This document shows positions 49,501 to 60,158 of a stretch of 64,000 bases of DNA, in pieces. Source of the stretch: Candidatus Latescibacterota bacterium (GTDB lineage Bacteria > Latescibacterota > UBA2968 > GCA-2709665). Every line of letters starts with the position of its first letter. Within the stretch, counting starts at the first letter, position 1. The position numbers and the translations under genes were made by a program. The notes beneath the pieces are model-generated. The model saw nothing but the letters and a program-made list of their open reading frames with translations, was not told where the DNA came from and searched no databases. Location of the stretch: the NCBI GenBank assembly GCA_965219995.1, contig CBDCOX010000002.1, forward strand, positions 4,320,001 to 4,384,000, read 5' to 3'.

Positions 49501-49992
49501 GTATTCTTCCACCGCGGCCATGGCGGCAGGTACGCCTTCACGCTCGATCAGATGAGGCACCTCGCCGCTCACGCATCCGGAGAGGCAGACCAGGCCCTCC
49601 GAGTGTTCCCTCAACAGGTCCTTGTCGATCCTCGGATGATAGTAGAACCCTTCCATGTAACCGGCGGAGACCAGCTTGACGAGGTTGGCATACCCGCGCG
49701 CGTTCTTCGCCAGCAGCACCAGGTGGTTCGAACCGCTGGGGACGCCCCGTGCAGGTTTTTTCTCCAACCTGCTTTCGATCGCGCAATAGACCTCGCATCC
49801 GATAATCGGCTTCACGTCCACCGCTTTCATGGCGCGATAGAAGTCCACGGCGCCGAAGAGATTGCCGTGGTCGGTAATGGCCGCAGCGGGCATCCCGTAT
49901 TCGGCGGTCCTTGCGGCGAGACTGTCAATCTTGCAGGCGCCGTCCAGAAGGCTGTACATGCTGTGGCTATGGAGGTGCACGAATTCGGCCAT
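46558..49992 (-). CDS. dnaE: DNA polymerase III alpha subunit
   Basis: FVHLHSHSMYSLLDG PHP domain, GPGRGS, PDIDIDF, GLLKMDFLGL, C-terminal OB fold. Confidence 0.96.
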   Translation of the reverse strand: MAEFVHLHSHSMYSLLDGACKIDSLAARTAEYGMPAAAITDHGNLFGAVDFYRAMKAVDVKPIIGCEVYCAIESRLEKKPARGVPSGSNHLVLLAKNARGYANLVKLVSAGYMEGFYYHPRIDKDLLREHSEGLVCLSGCVSGEVPHLIEREGVPAAMAAVEEYLDIFGEDYYLEIQRHGIDREPRINEGLIRIHSEMGVPLVATNDSHFLGADDHEAHAVLVALQTGKTLKDPGRMCYPTNVYFKTADEMHSLFSDLPHAIERTLEIAEKCNVEFAFGNYLAPEFPLPAEFPTADEYLKHLARQGLHRRFDSVPQEFRNRLEFELDLIVEMGLAGYFLIVWDYVKYAKEHGISVGPGRGSCAGSLVAYSLRITDLDPMKYNLLFERFLNPKRLSLPDIDIDFSDKKRDQVIRYVSEKYGENNVCQIITFGTLKAKAAIRDVGRVHDMPFGEVDRIAKLVPNDLKMTLDKAIEQVPELKEMADGGGGEAQLIRHARALEGLARHASVHAAAVIIAPDDLTNFVPLYKSPRDGKVTTQFDGPTCEDIGLLKMDFLGLKELSLADETVDLIRTKEPQFDLTRIPEDDRKTLDLFGRGDTVGVFQFESPGMREYLVQLRPDCIDDIIAMNALYRPGPMQHIPNFIARKHGQQEVAYDHPKLEPILKETYGIMVYQEQVMQSVQVLAGFSLGQADILRDAMGKKKPEEMARQKDAFVGGCDSNGVDGKLAQKIFANIEVFAGYAFPKAHAAAYAIVAYRNAYLKANYPQEYMAASLNGEIGNIERMVVVIEECRRMKLEVLPPDVNTSHVDFVASETAIRMGMAAVRNVGRGAVEAIVSARETDGPFHSLFEFCERVDLRAVNRRAIESLICAGAMDCLSGHRAQLLEGLDRALDAGQSAHAARQRRQISLFDMEGLADQTAVINNHVLPDQPEWTEPERLAHEKDMLGFYLSGHPLERYRTDLATLGIRSSQDAGKLPEGADVKLGGLISETRSHTDRTGRPMAFGTIEDLEGAMDLVVFPDAFEKVKAAFVADAMVVVQGRLSGRNGRQSLVVEEVLAMEHARETLADTLNVKLPAEMLDPEPLAQLKAMLEGHRGACRVFLHLELGNGETRVIRSRALTVSPSDALFSEIGAFLGERRAWVSRKS

Positions 49993-50145
49993 GGAGGGAC
50001 GCTCCGAATGGGTTGTTCGAAAGAGGCTTGACAAGGAAAGAAATGCGCCGCCTGGGGAAAGCGGAGAACATCCGGGGGATACCGGAAATCAGGATCGCGC
50101 GGGCGTCGTTGACGCGGCCGGCACGGATTTTCCGGCAACGGAACT

Positions 50146-50174
50146 ATCTTACTTCCGGCCCGACCAAAAGTCAA
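50146..50174 (-). promoter_or_regulatory. sigma70-type promoter for dnaE
   Basis: TTGACT-N17-TAAGAT. Confidence 0.6.
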
Positions 50175-50333
50175 GCAGCAGATTGACAGGACACCAGACG
50201 GCCTGCAGCCCGGAGGGAGCGGACACGCAGAAAAAGCGTTTTCCGTTGAACTCCTGGCGCGTTTGGGTTATTTTATCCGGATTCCGGGAGTGGACGCGAC
50301 GACGACCGCCGCGGATAGAGGCGCCAGCTATCT

Positions 50334-51620
50334 ATGTCCGATACCCTTGAAATCCAACCGCTCCTCCGTCCAGTCGACGCAGACGTGACGGTCCCCGGCT
50401 CCAAGTCCTACACCAACCGGGCGCTGTTAATCGCGGCGCTGGCCAATGGGCGGAGCCGCCTTTCGGGCGCCCTGAAGAGCGACGACACCAGGTATATGGG
50501 CGACGCGCTGTCCGCCCTCGGCGTCGACGTCCGGGTCGAAGCCGACGACACATTCATTGTCGAGGGCACTGACGGACGCATTCCCGCCTCGAACGCGACA
50601 CTCTTCGTTGGAAACTCCGGAACCACCATACGTTTTCTCACGGCCTGCCTCGCACTGGGTAGCGGCACCTATACGCTTGACGGCGGGTCTCGCATGAGAG
50701 AGCGGCCCATCCAGGACCTGATCGACGGTCTCCGTCCCCTCGGGGTACACGCGCGGAGCCTCTCGGGCAACGGATGTCCTCCGGTGGTCGTCGAAGGTTC
50801 AGGCCTCGAGGGCGGGTGCACACGGATGCCGGGAGACCGGAGCAGCCAGTATCTTTCCGCCCTTCTCATGGTCGCGCCGTATGCGCGGAAGGACGTTGAG
50901 ATCCGAGTTACCGGGAACCTCGTATCCAGGCCCTACATCGACATGACCGTTCGCATCATGGGGGACTTCGGCGTCAGCGTCGTCGCGGAACACGAAAACG
51001 TCTTTCACGTGGAAGCGGGACAGCGATACGAAGCCGCTGAATACGCCATCGAACCGGACGCCTCCAACGCGTCCTATTTCTTCGCCGCGGCTGCGCTGAC
51101 AGGCGGCCGGATCAGGGTCCGCAACCTTTCCTCTCAGTCCGCACAGGGTGACCTGGGATTCGTGGACGTTCTGGGTCGTATGGGCTGCACGGTCAGCAGC
51201 CGTCAGGACGGCGTCGAAGTCCACGGCCCCGAGCGGCTTTCCGGCATCGACGTCGACATGAACGCGATGCCCGACGTGGTTCAGACCCTTTGCGCGCTGG
51301 CTCCCTTCGCCTCCGGGCCTGTAACCGTGCGCAACATCGCCAACCTGCGCATCAAGGAGACCGACCGCATCGCAGCCGTCACGGCTGAACTGACAAGACT
51401 GGGGGTTCGCGCAATCTCCCGGTCCGACTCGCTGACGGTCTATCCCGCCGAGCGCATCCGCCCGGCCGCACTCGACACGTACGACGACCACCGCATGGCC
51501 ATGAGCATGGCGTTGATCGGTCTGAAAGCGCCGGGTATCGCGATTCGGGACCCCGGCTGCGTCGAAAAGTCCTTTCCGGCGTACTTTCAATGTCTGGACG
51601 CGCTCAGGCAATCGCACTGA
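50334..51620 (+). CDS. aroA: EPSP synthase
   Basis: PGSKS, GNSGT..R, SSQYLS, RIKETDRI, DDHRMAM. Confidence 0.96.
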   Translation: MSDTLEIQPLLRPVDADVTVPGSKSYTNRALLIAALANGRSRLSGALKSDDTRYMGDALSALGVDVRVEADDTFIVEGTDGRIPASNATLFVGNSGTTIRFLTACLALGSGTYTLDGGSRMRERPIQDLIDGLRPLGVHARSLSGNGCPPVVVEGSGLEGGCTRMPGDRSSQYLSALLMVAPYARKDVEIRVTGNLVSRPYIDMTVRIMGDFGVSVVAEHENVFHVEAGQRYEAAEYAIEPDASNASYFFAAAALTGGRIRVRNLSSQSAQGDLGFVDVLGRMGCTVSSRQDGVEVHGPERLSGIDVDMNAMPDVVQTLCALAPFASGPVTVRNIANLRIKETDRIAAVTAELTRLGVRAISRSDSLTVYPAERIRPAALDTYDDHRMAMSMALIGLKAPGIAIRDPGCVEKSFPAYFQCLDALRQSH

Positions 51621-51641
51621 AGCACAGACCCTCCTGTTCTC

Positions 51642-52514
51642 TCAGCGGCGCCGCCACCGGCCTTTTCCTCCCGGTTTGTCTCCCCGGTGCGACCGCTCGC
51701 GCTCCAGAATTCTCTTCTTGATTGCCTGAAACCGGTGAGAATCCCTGGCCAGACCCGCTTTAGCGGGCAGGCCTCCGATCTGCGCCCGGACGTTCTCAAC
51801 CCGCTCACTGCTGGGTGGATGGGTGGAAAAAAGCACCTGCAACATCCCGGGCTCCTTCTCCTGCATCGCCATCAGCTTTTCGAAAAACGTGGCTGTACCC
51901 TCCGGATCGATTCCCGCCGCGTAGGTCGCGGCGACCGCGAACCGGTCCGCCTCCCGCTCCGCGTCGCGTCCGTATCTCAATTGTCCAACGCCCGTAGAAA
52001 CAGCGGCGACCTGTTTCAGCACGCGACGCTTCACTGACGCGTCCTCTCCGCCCAGGGTCGCGTCGATTACGAACGCGGCGCCGAACTGCCTGCTGATTGC
52101 CTGTGCGCCGTGTTTTCCATCCACGTGGCCGATTTCGTGGCCGATTACCCCTGCCAGTTCCGACTCGTTCTCCGCGGTTGTAATCAGGCCCCGGTTCACG
52201 TACAGCCAGCCGCCGGGAAGCGCGAATGCATTTACCTCATCCGTATCCACGACCTTGAAATAGTAGGTCAGGTCCGTGCGGCCGGAATGCCGCGCCAGCA
52301 TCCGGCCGAGCTCGTGAATGTACGCGTTCACGACGCGGTCGTGGTAGAGCCTCAGGTCGCGCTCGATCTCCTGTGCCGCCTGCCGGCCGATCTCGACTTC
52401 CTGTTCTGTACTCAATATATTGAACCGGCCCACCGCCGCGCAGGACACAATCGATCCGGTCAGGCACACAGCGATCAGCGTACGCAAGTAAGGGATTCGC
52501 GTCATTTTCGACAT
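51642..52514 (-). CDS. M48 family metallopeptidase lipoprotein
   Basis: NAFALPGG, HEIGH, E.EAD, STHP. Confidence 0.9.
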   Translation of the reverse strand: MSKMTRIPYLRTLIAVCLTGSIVSCAAVGRFNILSTEQEVEIGRQAAQEIERDLRLYHDRVVNAYIHELGRMLARHSGRTDLTYYFKVVDTDEVNAFALPGGWLYVNRGLITTAENESELAGVIGHEIGHVDGKHGAQAISRQFGAAFVIDATLGGEDASVKRRVLKQVAAVSTGVGQLRYGRDAEREADRFAVAATYAAGIDPEGTATFFEKLMAMQEKEPGMLQVLFSTHPPSSERVENVRAQIGGLPAKAGLARDSHRFQAIKKRILERERSHRGDKPGGKGRWRRR

Positions 52515-53446
52515 CCCATGTCACGAGGCGAGGCGGGTCGCAAAGCGTTGTTCTCGACTTGCAGTGTTCCCCGGTTTCCATCCACGACTGCGGGGAGTCC
52601 GATTGGCAGAACGCGCCGTCCGGGTCCGTGCCCGTACGGGAGTCCGCAGAAGACCGGAGCGGCAATCGAATTTGAAAAATGCCGCAGGACGTCTTTCACG
52701 GTGCCCTCGTCGTCCCGTTCCGGTTCGCAGCCTTCGAACTGCCCGAATACCACACCGGCCGCGCGATCGAACACCCCCGCCATTCGGAGTTGCGTCAGCG
52801 TGCGGTCTACACGGTAGGGGGCCTCGTTCACGTCTTCCAGAAAGAGCAGAGCTCCATCGGTACTCGGCAGAAATCCGGTACCCGCGAGCGAGGCGACGAC
52901 CGACAGACACCCGCCCAGCAACGTTCCTTTCGCCGTCTGCCCCCGAAGCGGCTCGACACCGGCGATCGCGTCGAAGCGCCCGGCCGTGAGCGCGTTCCAC
53001 AGCGAAGTTCCGGTTGCTTCCGGAATTCCCGACTCGGATATGTCTCCGCACAGCGTCACTCCGGTATAACTCACCATTCCGGTGCGGCTGAAGATTGCCA
53101 GCTGCAGCGCGGTCGTATCGCTGAACCCCACCAGCGGCTTCGGAAATCTCCTGATCGCCTCGTAGTCTACAGATCCCAGTATCCGCGCGGCGCCGAAACC
53201 GCCGCGGGATACAAACACTCCCTGGATCTCGGGGTCGACGAACATGGCGTTCAAGTCCTTCGCCCTGGCGGGGTCGCGGCCCGCCAGGTATCTGTCCCGA
53301 TCGTAGACGGCGGAGCCGACACGCACACGATACCCTCGTTCACGCAGGTACGCCAGACCCGGGCGCAGTCGTTCCCGTTCGAACGATCCCGATGGCGATA
53401 CGATTCCAATCAGATCGCCGGGTCGAATATAGGGCGGAACCACCAA
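52502..53446 (-). CDS. ldcA: LD-carboxypeptidase (S66)
   Basis: RGGFG, GFSDTT, LEDVNE.PY, YGH. Confidence 0.9.
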   Translation of the reverse strand: MVVPPYIRPGDLIGIVSPSGSFERERLRPGLAYLRERGYRVRVGSAVYDRDRYLAGRDPARAKDLNAMFVDPEIQGVFVSRGGFGAARILGSVDYEAIRRFPKPLVGFSDTTALQLAIFSRTGMVSYTGVTLCGDISESGIPEATGTSLWNALTAGRFDAIAGVEPLRGQTAKGTLLGGCLSVVASLAGTGFLPSTDGALLFLEDVNEAPYRVDRTLTQLRMAGVFDRAAGVVFGQFEGCEPERDDEGTVKDVLRHFSNSIAAPVFCGLPYGHGPGRRVLPIGLPAVVDGNRGTLQVENNALRPASPRDMGCRK

Positions 53447-53504
53447 TGGACCCTCCCGTCTGCAGATCGCACGACGGTGAAGGAGGCCGGCCCGCGCCGG
53501 CTTC

Positions 53505-54869
53505 TCAGGGCGCGAACGACGTCAATATCCCGGTAGCAAAATCCGTTAGCGTATCGTCGCGCGCCCCCATGATTACCACGCGGTCGCCGGGCCGCGCTTC
53601 TTTCATGAACCAGCGTGCGACGTCTTCGCGCTCAGTGAAAAACGCCGCCTGAATACCCCGGTCTGAAATCGCCTCGATCAGGTCACGGGAAGAAATATCG
53701 CGCACCGCTGTTCCGCCCGCGTAGAAAATTTCGGGCATCGCCAGCACATCCCGCCTCTCGAGCCCGTCCGAGAATGCGGCGATCAGCCCTTCTCTGAGAA
53801 ACCGCGTCGGCGCGAATCCGGTTGGCTGGAACATCACCAGCAAACGCCCGGGCTGTTCCTTGAGCGTGGAGAGCGTGGCCGCAATCTTGTCGGGATTGTG
53901 TGCGAAATCATCGATCACCGTCACGCCGCCGGCCGTGCCAAGTACCTGCAGGCGCCGCCTGATGCCGGCAAAAGTCGCCAGCGCCTCGGCCGAATGCGGG
54001 ACGGGGACGCCCAATGCGCTGCAGGCGGCTACGGCCGCGGCGGCATTCGAGACATTATGCCTGCCTGGCACCATCAGGCGAAACACGACTTTATCGACTT
54101 CGAACGCCACGCCGTCGGGCAGTGGCCGGACCCGTTCCGCGCAGACCTGCGCGCGCCGGTTTTCCACGCCAAAGCCGATGCCGCCCAGGCCCAATGCCAT
54201 GGATGACTCGCAGTCCATGTTGAAGACGGCCGTCCGGCGGGCTTTCCGCACGAATCCACGAAACATCTCGCACAATTCCGGAAGCGGCTTGTGATCGTGA
54301 GAAATGTTGGTCAGAACCGCAATGGAAGGCTCGTACAGGACAATCGTGCCGTCGCTTTCGTCCGCCTCGATCACCTGCAGGCACGGATCGCCGCAGGTGG
54401 CGTTCCCGGTCGGCGACGGCGACTCACCAAGGGGGGAGCCCCCGAGAATAACAGTAGGATTCCGGCCCACCTGCTTCAGAACGTGGCCGATCATGCCTGC
54501 AACGGTCGTTTTTCCGCTCGTGCCTCCGACGGCGACCCCTTCCGCCCGGTTGAACAGATCCGCGAGTACCTCCGCGCGCTTTCGAACGGGGATCCGGAGG
54601 CGCAGCGCGGCGCGCACGTCGGGGACGTGTTCCTCCACAGCCGCCGACACGATCAGTTCGTCCACGGCTCTATCCACGCCCGAGCCATCCTGGGGAAACA
54701 ACGCGATGCCCTGCGCCCGGAGCTGCTCGAAGAGCTTTCGGTTCTGGCCGCGATCCCGGCTGCGGTCGGATCCGCGAACCGTGTGACCCTGGTGCCGGAG
54801 TACCTGCGCCAGCGCGCTCATCCCGCTTCCTCCGATCCCACAGAAAAAAACCGACTTCCAGGCCTTCAC
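53505..54869 (-). CDS. MurC/Mpl-family Mur ligase
   Basis: GIGGSGMSALA, GTSGKTT, EADESDG, DDFAHNP; GTG start after AAGGAG. Confidence 0.88.
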   Translation of the reverse strand: MKAWKSVFFCGIGGSGMSALAQVLRHQGHTVRGSDRSRDRGQNRKLFEQLRAQGIALFPQDGSGVDRAVDELIVSAAVEEHVPDVRAALRLRIPVRKRAEVLADLFNRAEGVAVGGTSGKTTVAGMIGHVLKQVGRNPTVILGGSPLGESPSPTGNATCGDPCLQVIEADESDGTIVLYEPSIAVLTNISHDHKPLPELCEMFRGFVRKARRTAVFNMDCESSMALGLGGIGFGVENRRAQVCAERVRPLPDGVAFEVDKVVFRLMVPGRHNVSNAAAAVAACSALGVPVPHSAEALATFAGIRRRLQVLGTAGGVTVIDDFAHNPDKIAATLSTLKEQPGRLLVMFQPTGFAPTRFLREGLIAAFSDGLERRDVLAMPEIFYAGGTAVRDISSRDLIEAISDRGIQAAFFTEREDVARWFMKEARPGDRVVIMGARDDTLTDFATGILTSFAP

Positions 54870-54911
54870 GTCGTCTCCTTTCCCGGTGACATGGAAACGC
54901 ACGGTCCCACC

Positions 54912-54940
54912 ATACTAAAGACCGGCGTGCGGATTGTCAA
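54912..54940 (-). promoter_or_regulatory. sigma70-type promoter
   Basis: TTGACA-N17-TAGTAT. Confidence 0.7.
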
Positions 54941-55079
54941 GTGGACAAGGAAATCGATGGAAATCCGAAACGCGGGCTTCGGCGTCGCCGTTCAGCGGCC
55001 CGCAGCGCGGATCCAATCGTGTGCCGGACGAAAGAGTCCGCGCGTCGGTTCCGGGATTCGAATCGCGGGCCTTCTTCCA

Positions 55080-55108
55080 TTGACACACCGGCACGTGTAC
55101 AGTATATT
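55080..55108 (+). promoter_or_regulatory. sigma70-type promoter
   Basis: TTGACA-N17-TATATT. Confidence 0.75.
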
Positions 55109-55169
55109 TCGTCTTCTGGTTCAGAAGCGAAATTTGCACGACAACCTCCTATTATACAAGGAGTTCCAG

Positions 55170-56372
55170 ATGGACGGCATGTTTCGTCACGTGCTGACCG
55201 ACGTGGAACGGGCGCTCTGGACCGAATCCTGGTCCGTGGATGAGGATGCCCTGTCCATCGGGACCGGTTCCGCGTGGAGCGTGAGGAAGAAAACCCTTCA
55301 GGGGGGGCTTCAGGCGGGCGTCGACCTTATTGAAGTGGACAATGGCGCTTTCTCATTCTCTATTGTGCCGACCCGCGGTATGGGAATCTGGAAGGGTGTC
55401 TACCGGGGCATCCCGATCGGATGGGAATCGCCGGTCCGCGAACTGGTCCATCCCGCGCATGTAGACGCCAACGATCGGGGCGGACTCGGCTGGCTGAAGG
55501 GCTTCAACGAATGGATCGTTCGCTGCGGCCTGGAAAGCAACGGCGCGCCCACGAACGACGTGGTCATCGACAATAGCGGAAATGAAGCCTCGGTATTTCT
55601 CCCGCTGCACGGAAAGATAGCAAACATCCCCGCGCGCTTCGTGGAGGTGCGCGTCGACCTTGCCCCGCCGCATCGCATCACGGTTACGGGCGTTGTCGAT
55701 GAAGCGATGATGTTCGGTCCGGCGCTGCGGTTGACGACCCGTATATCCACGGTCCCGGGCGCAAACAGTCTCACGATTTCAGACCGGATAACCAACCTCA
55801 ACAACAGGCCCGCCGAAATGCAGATGCTGTACCACTGCAACTACGGCCCCCCATTGCTGGAAGAGGGCAGCGCTCTCGTGGCCCCGGCAAGGTCCGTATC
55901 GCCAAGAGACGCCCGGGCGCAGAAAGATGCTTCCGCGCACGGCAAGTTCGGCGCGCCGGAATCCGGTTTCGTCGAACAGGTCTATTTTTACGAATTGGCA
56001 GGAAAACGGGGCAGCGGTCAGACGGTCGTGCTGCTCAAGAATGCCAGGGGAGACCTGGGGTCCAGCCTGCACTGCTCGCTCAAGCAACTGCCCTGCTTTA
56101 CGCTCTGGAAAAACACGGCCGCGACCGAAGACGGATACGTCACCGGTCTGGAACCGGCGACGAACTACCCCAATCCGAAACCATTCGAGCGCAAACATGG
56201 CCGTGTGGCCATACTGGAAGCCGGCGAGACCCGTCGTATGGACCTGACGGTCGCCGTCCACGACAGCAGGAAGAAGGTCCGAACCGTGGAACGGGCCATC
56301 AGGCAGATCCAGAAAACAGTGAAATCCAGAGTTTCCCGGACGCCCCTCAAGAGGCTGTCCGATGCGGGTTAG
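55170..56372 (+). CDS. Aldose 1-epimerase family protein (DUF4432-like)
   Basis: [31 protein letters not shown]; ATG 55170 after AAGGAG. Confidence 0.85.
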   Translation: MDGMFRHVLTDVERALWTESWSVDEDALSIGTGSAWSVRKKTLQGGLQAGVDLIEVDNGAFSFSIVPTRGMGIWKGVYRGIPIGWESPVRELVHPAHVDANDRGGLGWLKGFNEWIVRCGLESNGAPTNDVVIDNSGNEASVFLPLHGKIANIPARFVEVRVDLAPPHRITVTGVVDEAMMFGPALRLTTRISTVPGANSLTISDRITNLNNRPAEMQMLYHCNYGPPLLEEGSALVAPARSVSPRDARAQKDASAHGKFGAPESGFVEQVYFYELAGKRGSGQTVVLLKNARGDLGSSLHCSLKQLPCFTLWKNTAATEDGYVTGLEPATNYPNPKPFERKHGRVAILEAGETRRMDLTVAVHDSRKKVRTVERAIRQIQKTVKSRVSRTPLKRLSDAG

Positions 56373-56470
56373 CGCCGCACCATACCCGGGTTTCGGGGAC
56401 GGTCCCGGGACGCGCTTACGGTGACTGCGCCGGCGGCATCCGCATGCCGTCAGACGGAATCAGCGAAAGG

Positions 56471-59400
56471 ATGGCATTCGTGAATTCCACACCAACTTTC
56501 CAGGAGCTCATTCTTCGCCTCGAACGGTACTGGGCGGACCGGGGATGCGTCATCTGGCAACCTCATAATGAGAAGGTGGGCGCCGGGACGATGAACCCCG
56601 CCACGGTTCTTCGAGTGCTCGGTCCGGAGTCCTGGAACGTGGCCTACGTTGAACCCAGCTTCCGCCCGGACGACGGAAGATTCGGCGAGAATCCGAACCG
56701 GATGCAGATGCACACGCAGTACCAGGTCATTCTCAAACCCGAGCCGGGCAACCCCCAGGAACTTTATCTGGATAGCCTGGATGCATTGGGTCTGGACCGG
56801 CGGCAGCACGACATCCGTTTTGTGGAAGACAACTGGGAACAGCCCGCACTGGGCGCGTGGGGCCTGGGGTGGGAGGTCTGGCTCGACGGCCTGGAAATCA
56901 CCCAGTTCACCTATTTCCAGCAGGCCGGAGGTCTGTCCCTGGACCCGGTGCCCGTCGAAATCACGTACGGCATGGAACGTATCGCCATGTACGTGCAGGA
57001 TGTACGCGAAGTCTGGCAGCTTCAATGGAACGATCAGGTCTCCTACGGCGACATTCTCAGACAGCAGGAAGTGGAGTACTGCACCTACGAGTTTCACGCC
57101 GCAAACGTGGAACGCCTGCATACCATGTTCAACCTCTTCCATGACGAAGCCGCCGCCGCCATAGACCGCGGTCTCGTCATTCCCGCCCATGACTACGTGT
57201 TGCGGTGCTCTCATACCTTCAACCTGCTGGACACCCGCGGAGCCGTTGGCGTTACCGAGCGTGCGCGGTATTTCGCGCAGATCCGCAACCTCGCCACACA
57301 GGTGGCCGAAGGATTCGCCCGGCAGCGCGAAGCGACCGGGCACCCCCTCAAAAGGAAGACCAGAGCCGCAACTGCACCGGATTCGGGACCGGGCGCTGAA
57401 CCGCTGGAGCGCGCCGAACTGCTTCTGGAGATCGGATCCGAGGAACTCCCGCCTCAGGACGTACGGTCGGGGATCGAACAGCTCAAAGCGTCACTGCCCA
57501 GGCTTCTTCAGGAGCAGAGGCTGGAATATGACGACGTCGAAATAACCGGTACGCCCAGACGGCTCGTGGCCATCGTCAGGAATCTCGTTGGCCGGCAGCC
57601 GGACCGCAGACGCGAAGTACGCGGACCGGCCGTGAAGGCCGCTTACGACGACGAAGGAAACCCCACACGCGCCCTCGCGGGATTCTGCCGCGGCCAGGCC
57701 GTCTCTCCAGGATCGGTGGAACACAGGCCGGACGACAAGGGCGTTGAATACGTCTATGCCCGGCGTCACGAGCCCGGACGCGAGACACAGGAAATCCTGT
57801 CGGATGTTCTTCCCGGGCTGATTGCCGGCCTGAACTTTCCGAAAACAATGCGTTGGGACTCCGACGGCATCGCCTATCCCCGGCCTCTGCGCTGGATTGT
57901 CGCCCTGTTTGGAAACCGGATGATCCCGTTTTCCTTCGCCCGGATCCGGAGTGGGCGTGCCAGCCGCGGCCTCAGGCCAGCGGGCGATCCGCCAATCCGG
58001 GTGGAATCCGCTGAGACCTATCAGCCGCAAATGCAAGAACACGGCCTGATCGTCGACCGGGACCGGCGAAGAAAAACCATCTGGAAGCAGGTCCTCGAAG
58101 AGGCGCGGACGGCAGGCGGCAGTGTGCGGGAAGATCCGGATCTGCTCGACGAAGTCACCGACCTGGTCGAGGCGCCGTTTGCGCTTTGCGGCGGTTTCGA
58201 TGAAACCCACCTTGAACTGCCGCAGGAGGTCTTGGTCACCGTACTCAGGACATACCAGCGCTACTTCCCCATCGTGCACCCGGAGACCGGCCGACTGCTA
58301 CCCCGGTTCGTCGCCGTATCCAACGGCAAGCCGGAGGATACGGGCCCCGTCGTTCGCGGGAACGAGAATGTCGTTCGCGCCAGATTTGCGGACGCCGCCT
58401 TCTTCTACAGGGAAGACGGCCGAAAACCCCTGGAAGATTACCTGCCGCGGCTGGACACGCTTACCTACCAGGACGACCTCGGATCCGTCAGGGACAAGAG
58501 TGCGCGAATCGAGCAGCTTGTTTCCGTGGTTGCACCGGAACTGGGGCTGACGGACGGTGGCACGAGCACGGCAGAGCGGGCGGCCCGGCTGTGCAAAGCC
58601 GATCTGGCCACCGGAATGGTTGTGGAGATGACGTCCCTTCAGGGTGTGATGGGGCGCTACTATGCCCTGTTATCCAAAGAGACAGACGAAGTGGCCCTGG
58701 CCATTCAGGAACACTATCTTCCCCGGTTTCCCGGGGATATGCTGCCTGCAGGCGAATCCGGATTTGCGGTTTCCGTCGCCGACCGGCTGGACAGTCTGGC
58801 CGGCCTGTTCTGTGCCGGCATCAAGCCCCGGTCCACCGCCGATCCCTATGGACTGCGCCGCGACGCGCTGGGTCTCCTCGCACTGCTCATCGGGAAACGC
58901 CGCCACTTCTCCCTCAAAAAGGGCCTGGAGGCCGCGGCGTCGGGCCTGCCTGTCCGGATCGATGCAGATCGATTGAACGACGCATATACGTTCATCCTGC
59001 GCCGCCTTGGCGTACAGCTGAAAGAGGAGGGCTTTCGCCACGACGTGGTCGAAGCGGCCCTTGGCGGCGGATGCGACGATCCCTTCGGCCTTCGCAACAT
59101 CGTGGAAGGCCTCGATCGAATGGTCCGTTCGGACAATTGGACGGAAACGCTTCATGCGTACGCGCGCTGCAGACGCATTGTCCGCGACCTGGATGAAATC
59201 CATCCATTGAATACTGACGCAGATCCGGCCCCTGCTTCCCGCAGCCTTCTCGAAAAGTGGCGGGACGCCCGCAACGTGATGGATGGCTGCGATGCCGGGA
59301 TCGACACGCTGGATAGCGTGCTTGCCGAAATGCGCGGACCCATCAACACCTTCTTCGATGAAGTCATGGTGATGGATGAAGATCCAGTCCTGCGGGCGGC

Positions 59401-59476
59401 GCGCCTGGCGCTGGTGCAGCGTATCGCCTCTCTCGCCGAAGGCGTTGCGGACCTGAGCAGGCTGGAGGGGTTTTAA
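56471..59476 (+). CDS. glyQS: Fused glycine-tRNA ligase alpha/beta
   Basis: Alpha motifs ([23 protein letters not shown]) continue without a stop into beta motifs ([23 protein letters not shown]). Confidence 0.94.
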   Translation: MAFVNSTPTFQELILRLERYWADRGCVIWQPHNEKVGAGTMNPATVLRVLGPESWNVAYVEPSFRPDDGRFGENPNRMQMHTQYQVILKPEPGNPQELYLDSLDALGLDRRQHDIRFVEDNWEQPALGAWGLGWEVWLDGLEITQFTYFQQAGGLSLDPVPVEITYGMERIAMYVQDVREVWQLQWNDQVSYGDILRQQEVEYCTYEFHAANVERLHTMFNLFHDEAAAAIDRGLVIPAHDYVLRCSHTFNLLDTRGAVGVTERARYFAQIRNLATQVAEGFARQREATGHPLKRKTRAATAPDSGPGAEPLERAELLLEIGSEELPPQDVRSGIEQLKASLPRLLQEQRLEYDDVEITGTPRRLVAIVRNLVGRQPDRRREVRGPAVKAAYDDEGNPTRALAGFCRGQAVSPGSVEHRPDDKGVEYVYARRHEPGRETQEILSDVLPGLIAGLNFPKTMRWDSDGIAYPRPLRWIVALFGNRMIPFSFARIRSGRASRGLRPAGDPPIRVESAETYQPQMQEHGLIVDRDRRRKTIWKQVLEEARTAGGSVREDPDLLDEVTDLVEAPFALCGGFDETHLELPQEVLVTVLRTYQRYFPIVHPETGRLLPRFVAVSNGKPEDTGPVVRGNENVVRARFADAAFFYREDGRKPLEDYLPRLDTLTYQDDLGSVRDKSARIEQLVSVVAPELGLTDGGTSTAERAARLCKADLATGMVVEMTSLQGVMGRYYALLSKETDEVALAIQEHYLPRFPGDMLPAGESGFAVSVADRLDSLAGLFCAGIKPRSTADPYGLRRDALGLLALLIGKRRHFSLKKGLEAAASGLPVRIDADRLNDAYTFILRRLGVQLKEEGFRHDVVEAALGGGCDDPFGLRNIVEGLDRMVRSDNWTETLHAYARCRRIVRDLDEIHPLNTDADPAPASRSLLEKWRDARNVMDGCDAGIDTLDSVLAEMRGPINTFFDEVMVMDEDPVLRAARLALVQRIASLAEGVADLSRLEGF

Positions 59477-59489
59477 GTCTGTTTCGCCC

Positions 59490-60071
59490 ATGCGCATAAT
59501 CACGGGAAAACTCAAAGGCCGGACCATCCCCTTCATCGTCGGGAAATACGGGAATGCCCGCGTAACGCCGGCAAGGGTCAAAGAGGCCGCGTTTACCGTC
59601 CTGGGCGCCCGGCTCGACCGGCTTCATTTTCTCGATCTCTTTTCCTGTTCCGGGCAGATCGGGCTGGAGGCGTACAGCCGCGGCGCCCGGGTGCTTCTGA
59701 ACGAACCGGATCGTCGCCGGCGCCGCTTTCTTTCAAGACTTCTGAAAGACTGGGATGTCGAACGACAGGTCCGACTGCTGGATCGGCCGGCGGAGACACT
59801 TCTGCCGCTCCTGGAGTCGGAAAAGCGGCACTTTGACGTGATTTACCTGGACCCGCCGTACCGCCTGCAAATGGACGGGGTTCCGTTCGCCCCCGCCATC
59901 CTTGCCCGCCTGAGCGGTTCGACCCTCGTTGCTCCGTCGGGCCACGTCCTCATACAACACTTCGCAGACCTGGAGTTGCCCGTTGCCGCAGGTGCCCTTG
60001 CGCTGCGGGTGCGGAAGAACTACGGCGGGACTTCATTATCCGTGTACCAGAGGGTGGTACGCGGCGAGTAG
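59490..60071 (+). CDS. rsmD: RsmD-family methyltransferase
   Basis: MRIITGKLKGR, RVKEA.F, LDLFS.SG..GLEA.SRGA, DPPY. Confidence 0.88.
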   Translation: MRIITGKLKGRTIPFIVGKYGNARVTPARVKEAAFTVLGARLDRLHFLDLFSCSGQIGLEAYSRGARVLLNEPDRRRRRFLSRLLKDWDVERQVRLLDRPAETLLPLLESEKRHFDVIYLDPPYRLQMDGVPFAPAILARLSGSTLVAPSGHVLIQHFADLELPVAAGALALRVRKNYGGTSLSVYQRVVRGE

Positions 60072-60158
60072 GCCTCAATCCGAAAGTTCCATTTGCTTTG
60101 GTACGCCAACGTACGTATTTTTCAGGTATCCAACCCTATTCCGAAAGGAGTCGACCGC

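Noticed and set aside
46558-49992. Intein or split in dnaE
   Set aside because: Normal length (~1144 aa), continuous motifs, no intein signatures seen.
54291-55169. N-terminal 293 aa of the 693-aa plus-strand ORF
   Set aside because: Antisense to the Mur ligase and upstream of the promoter at 55080; the real start is 55170.
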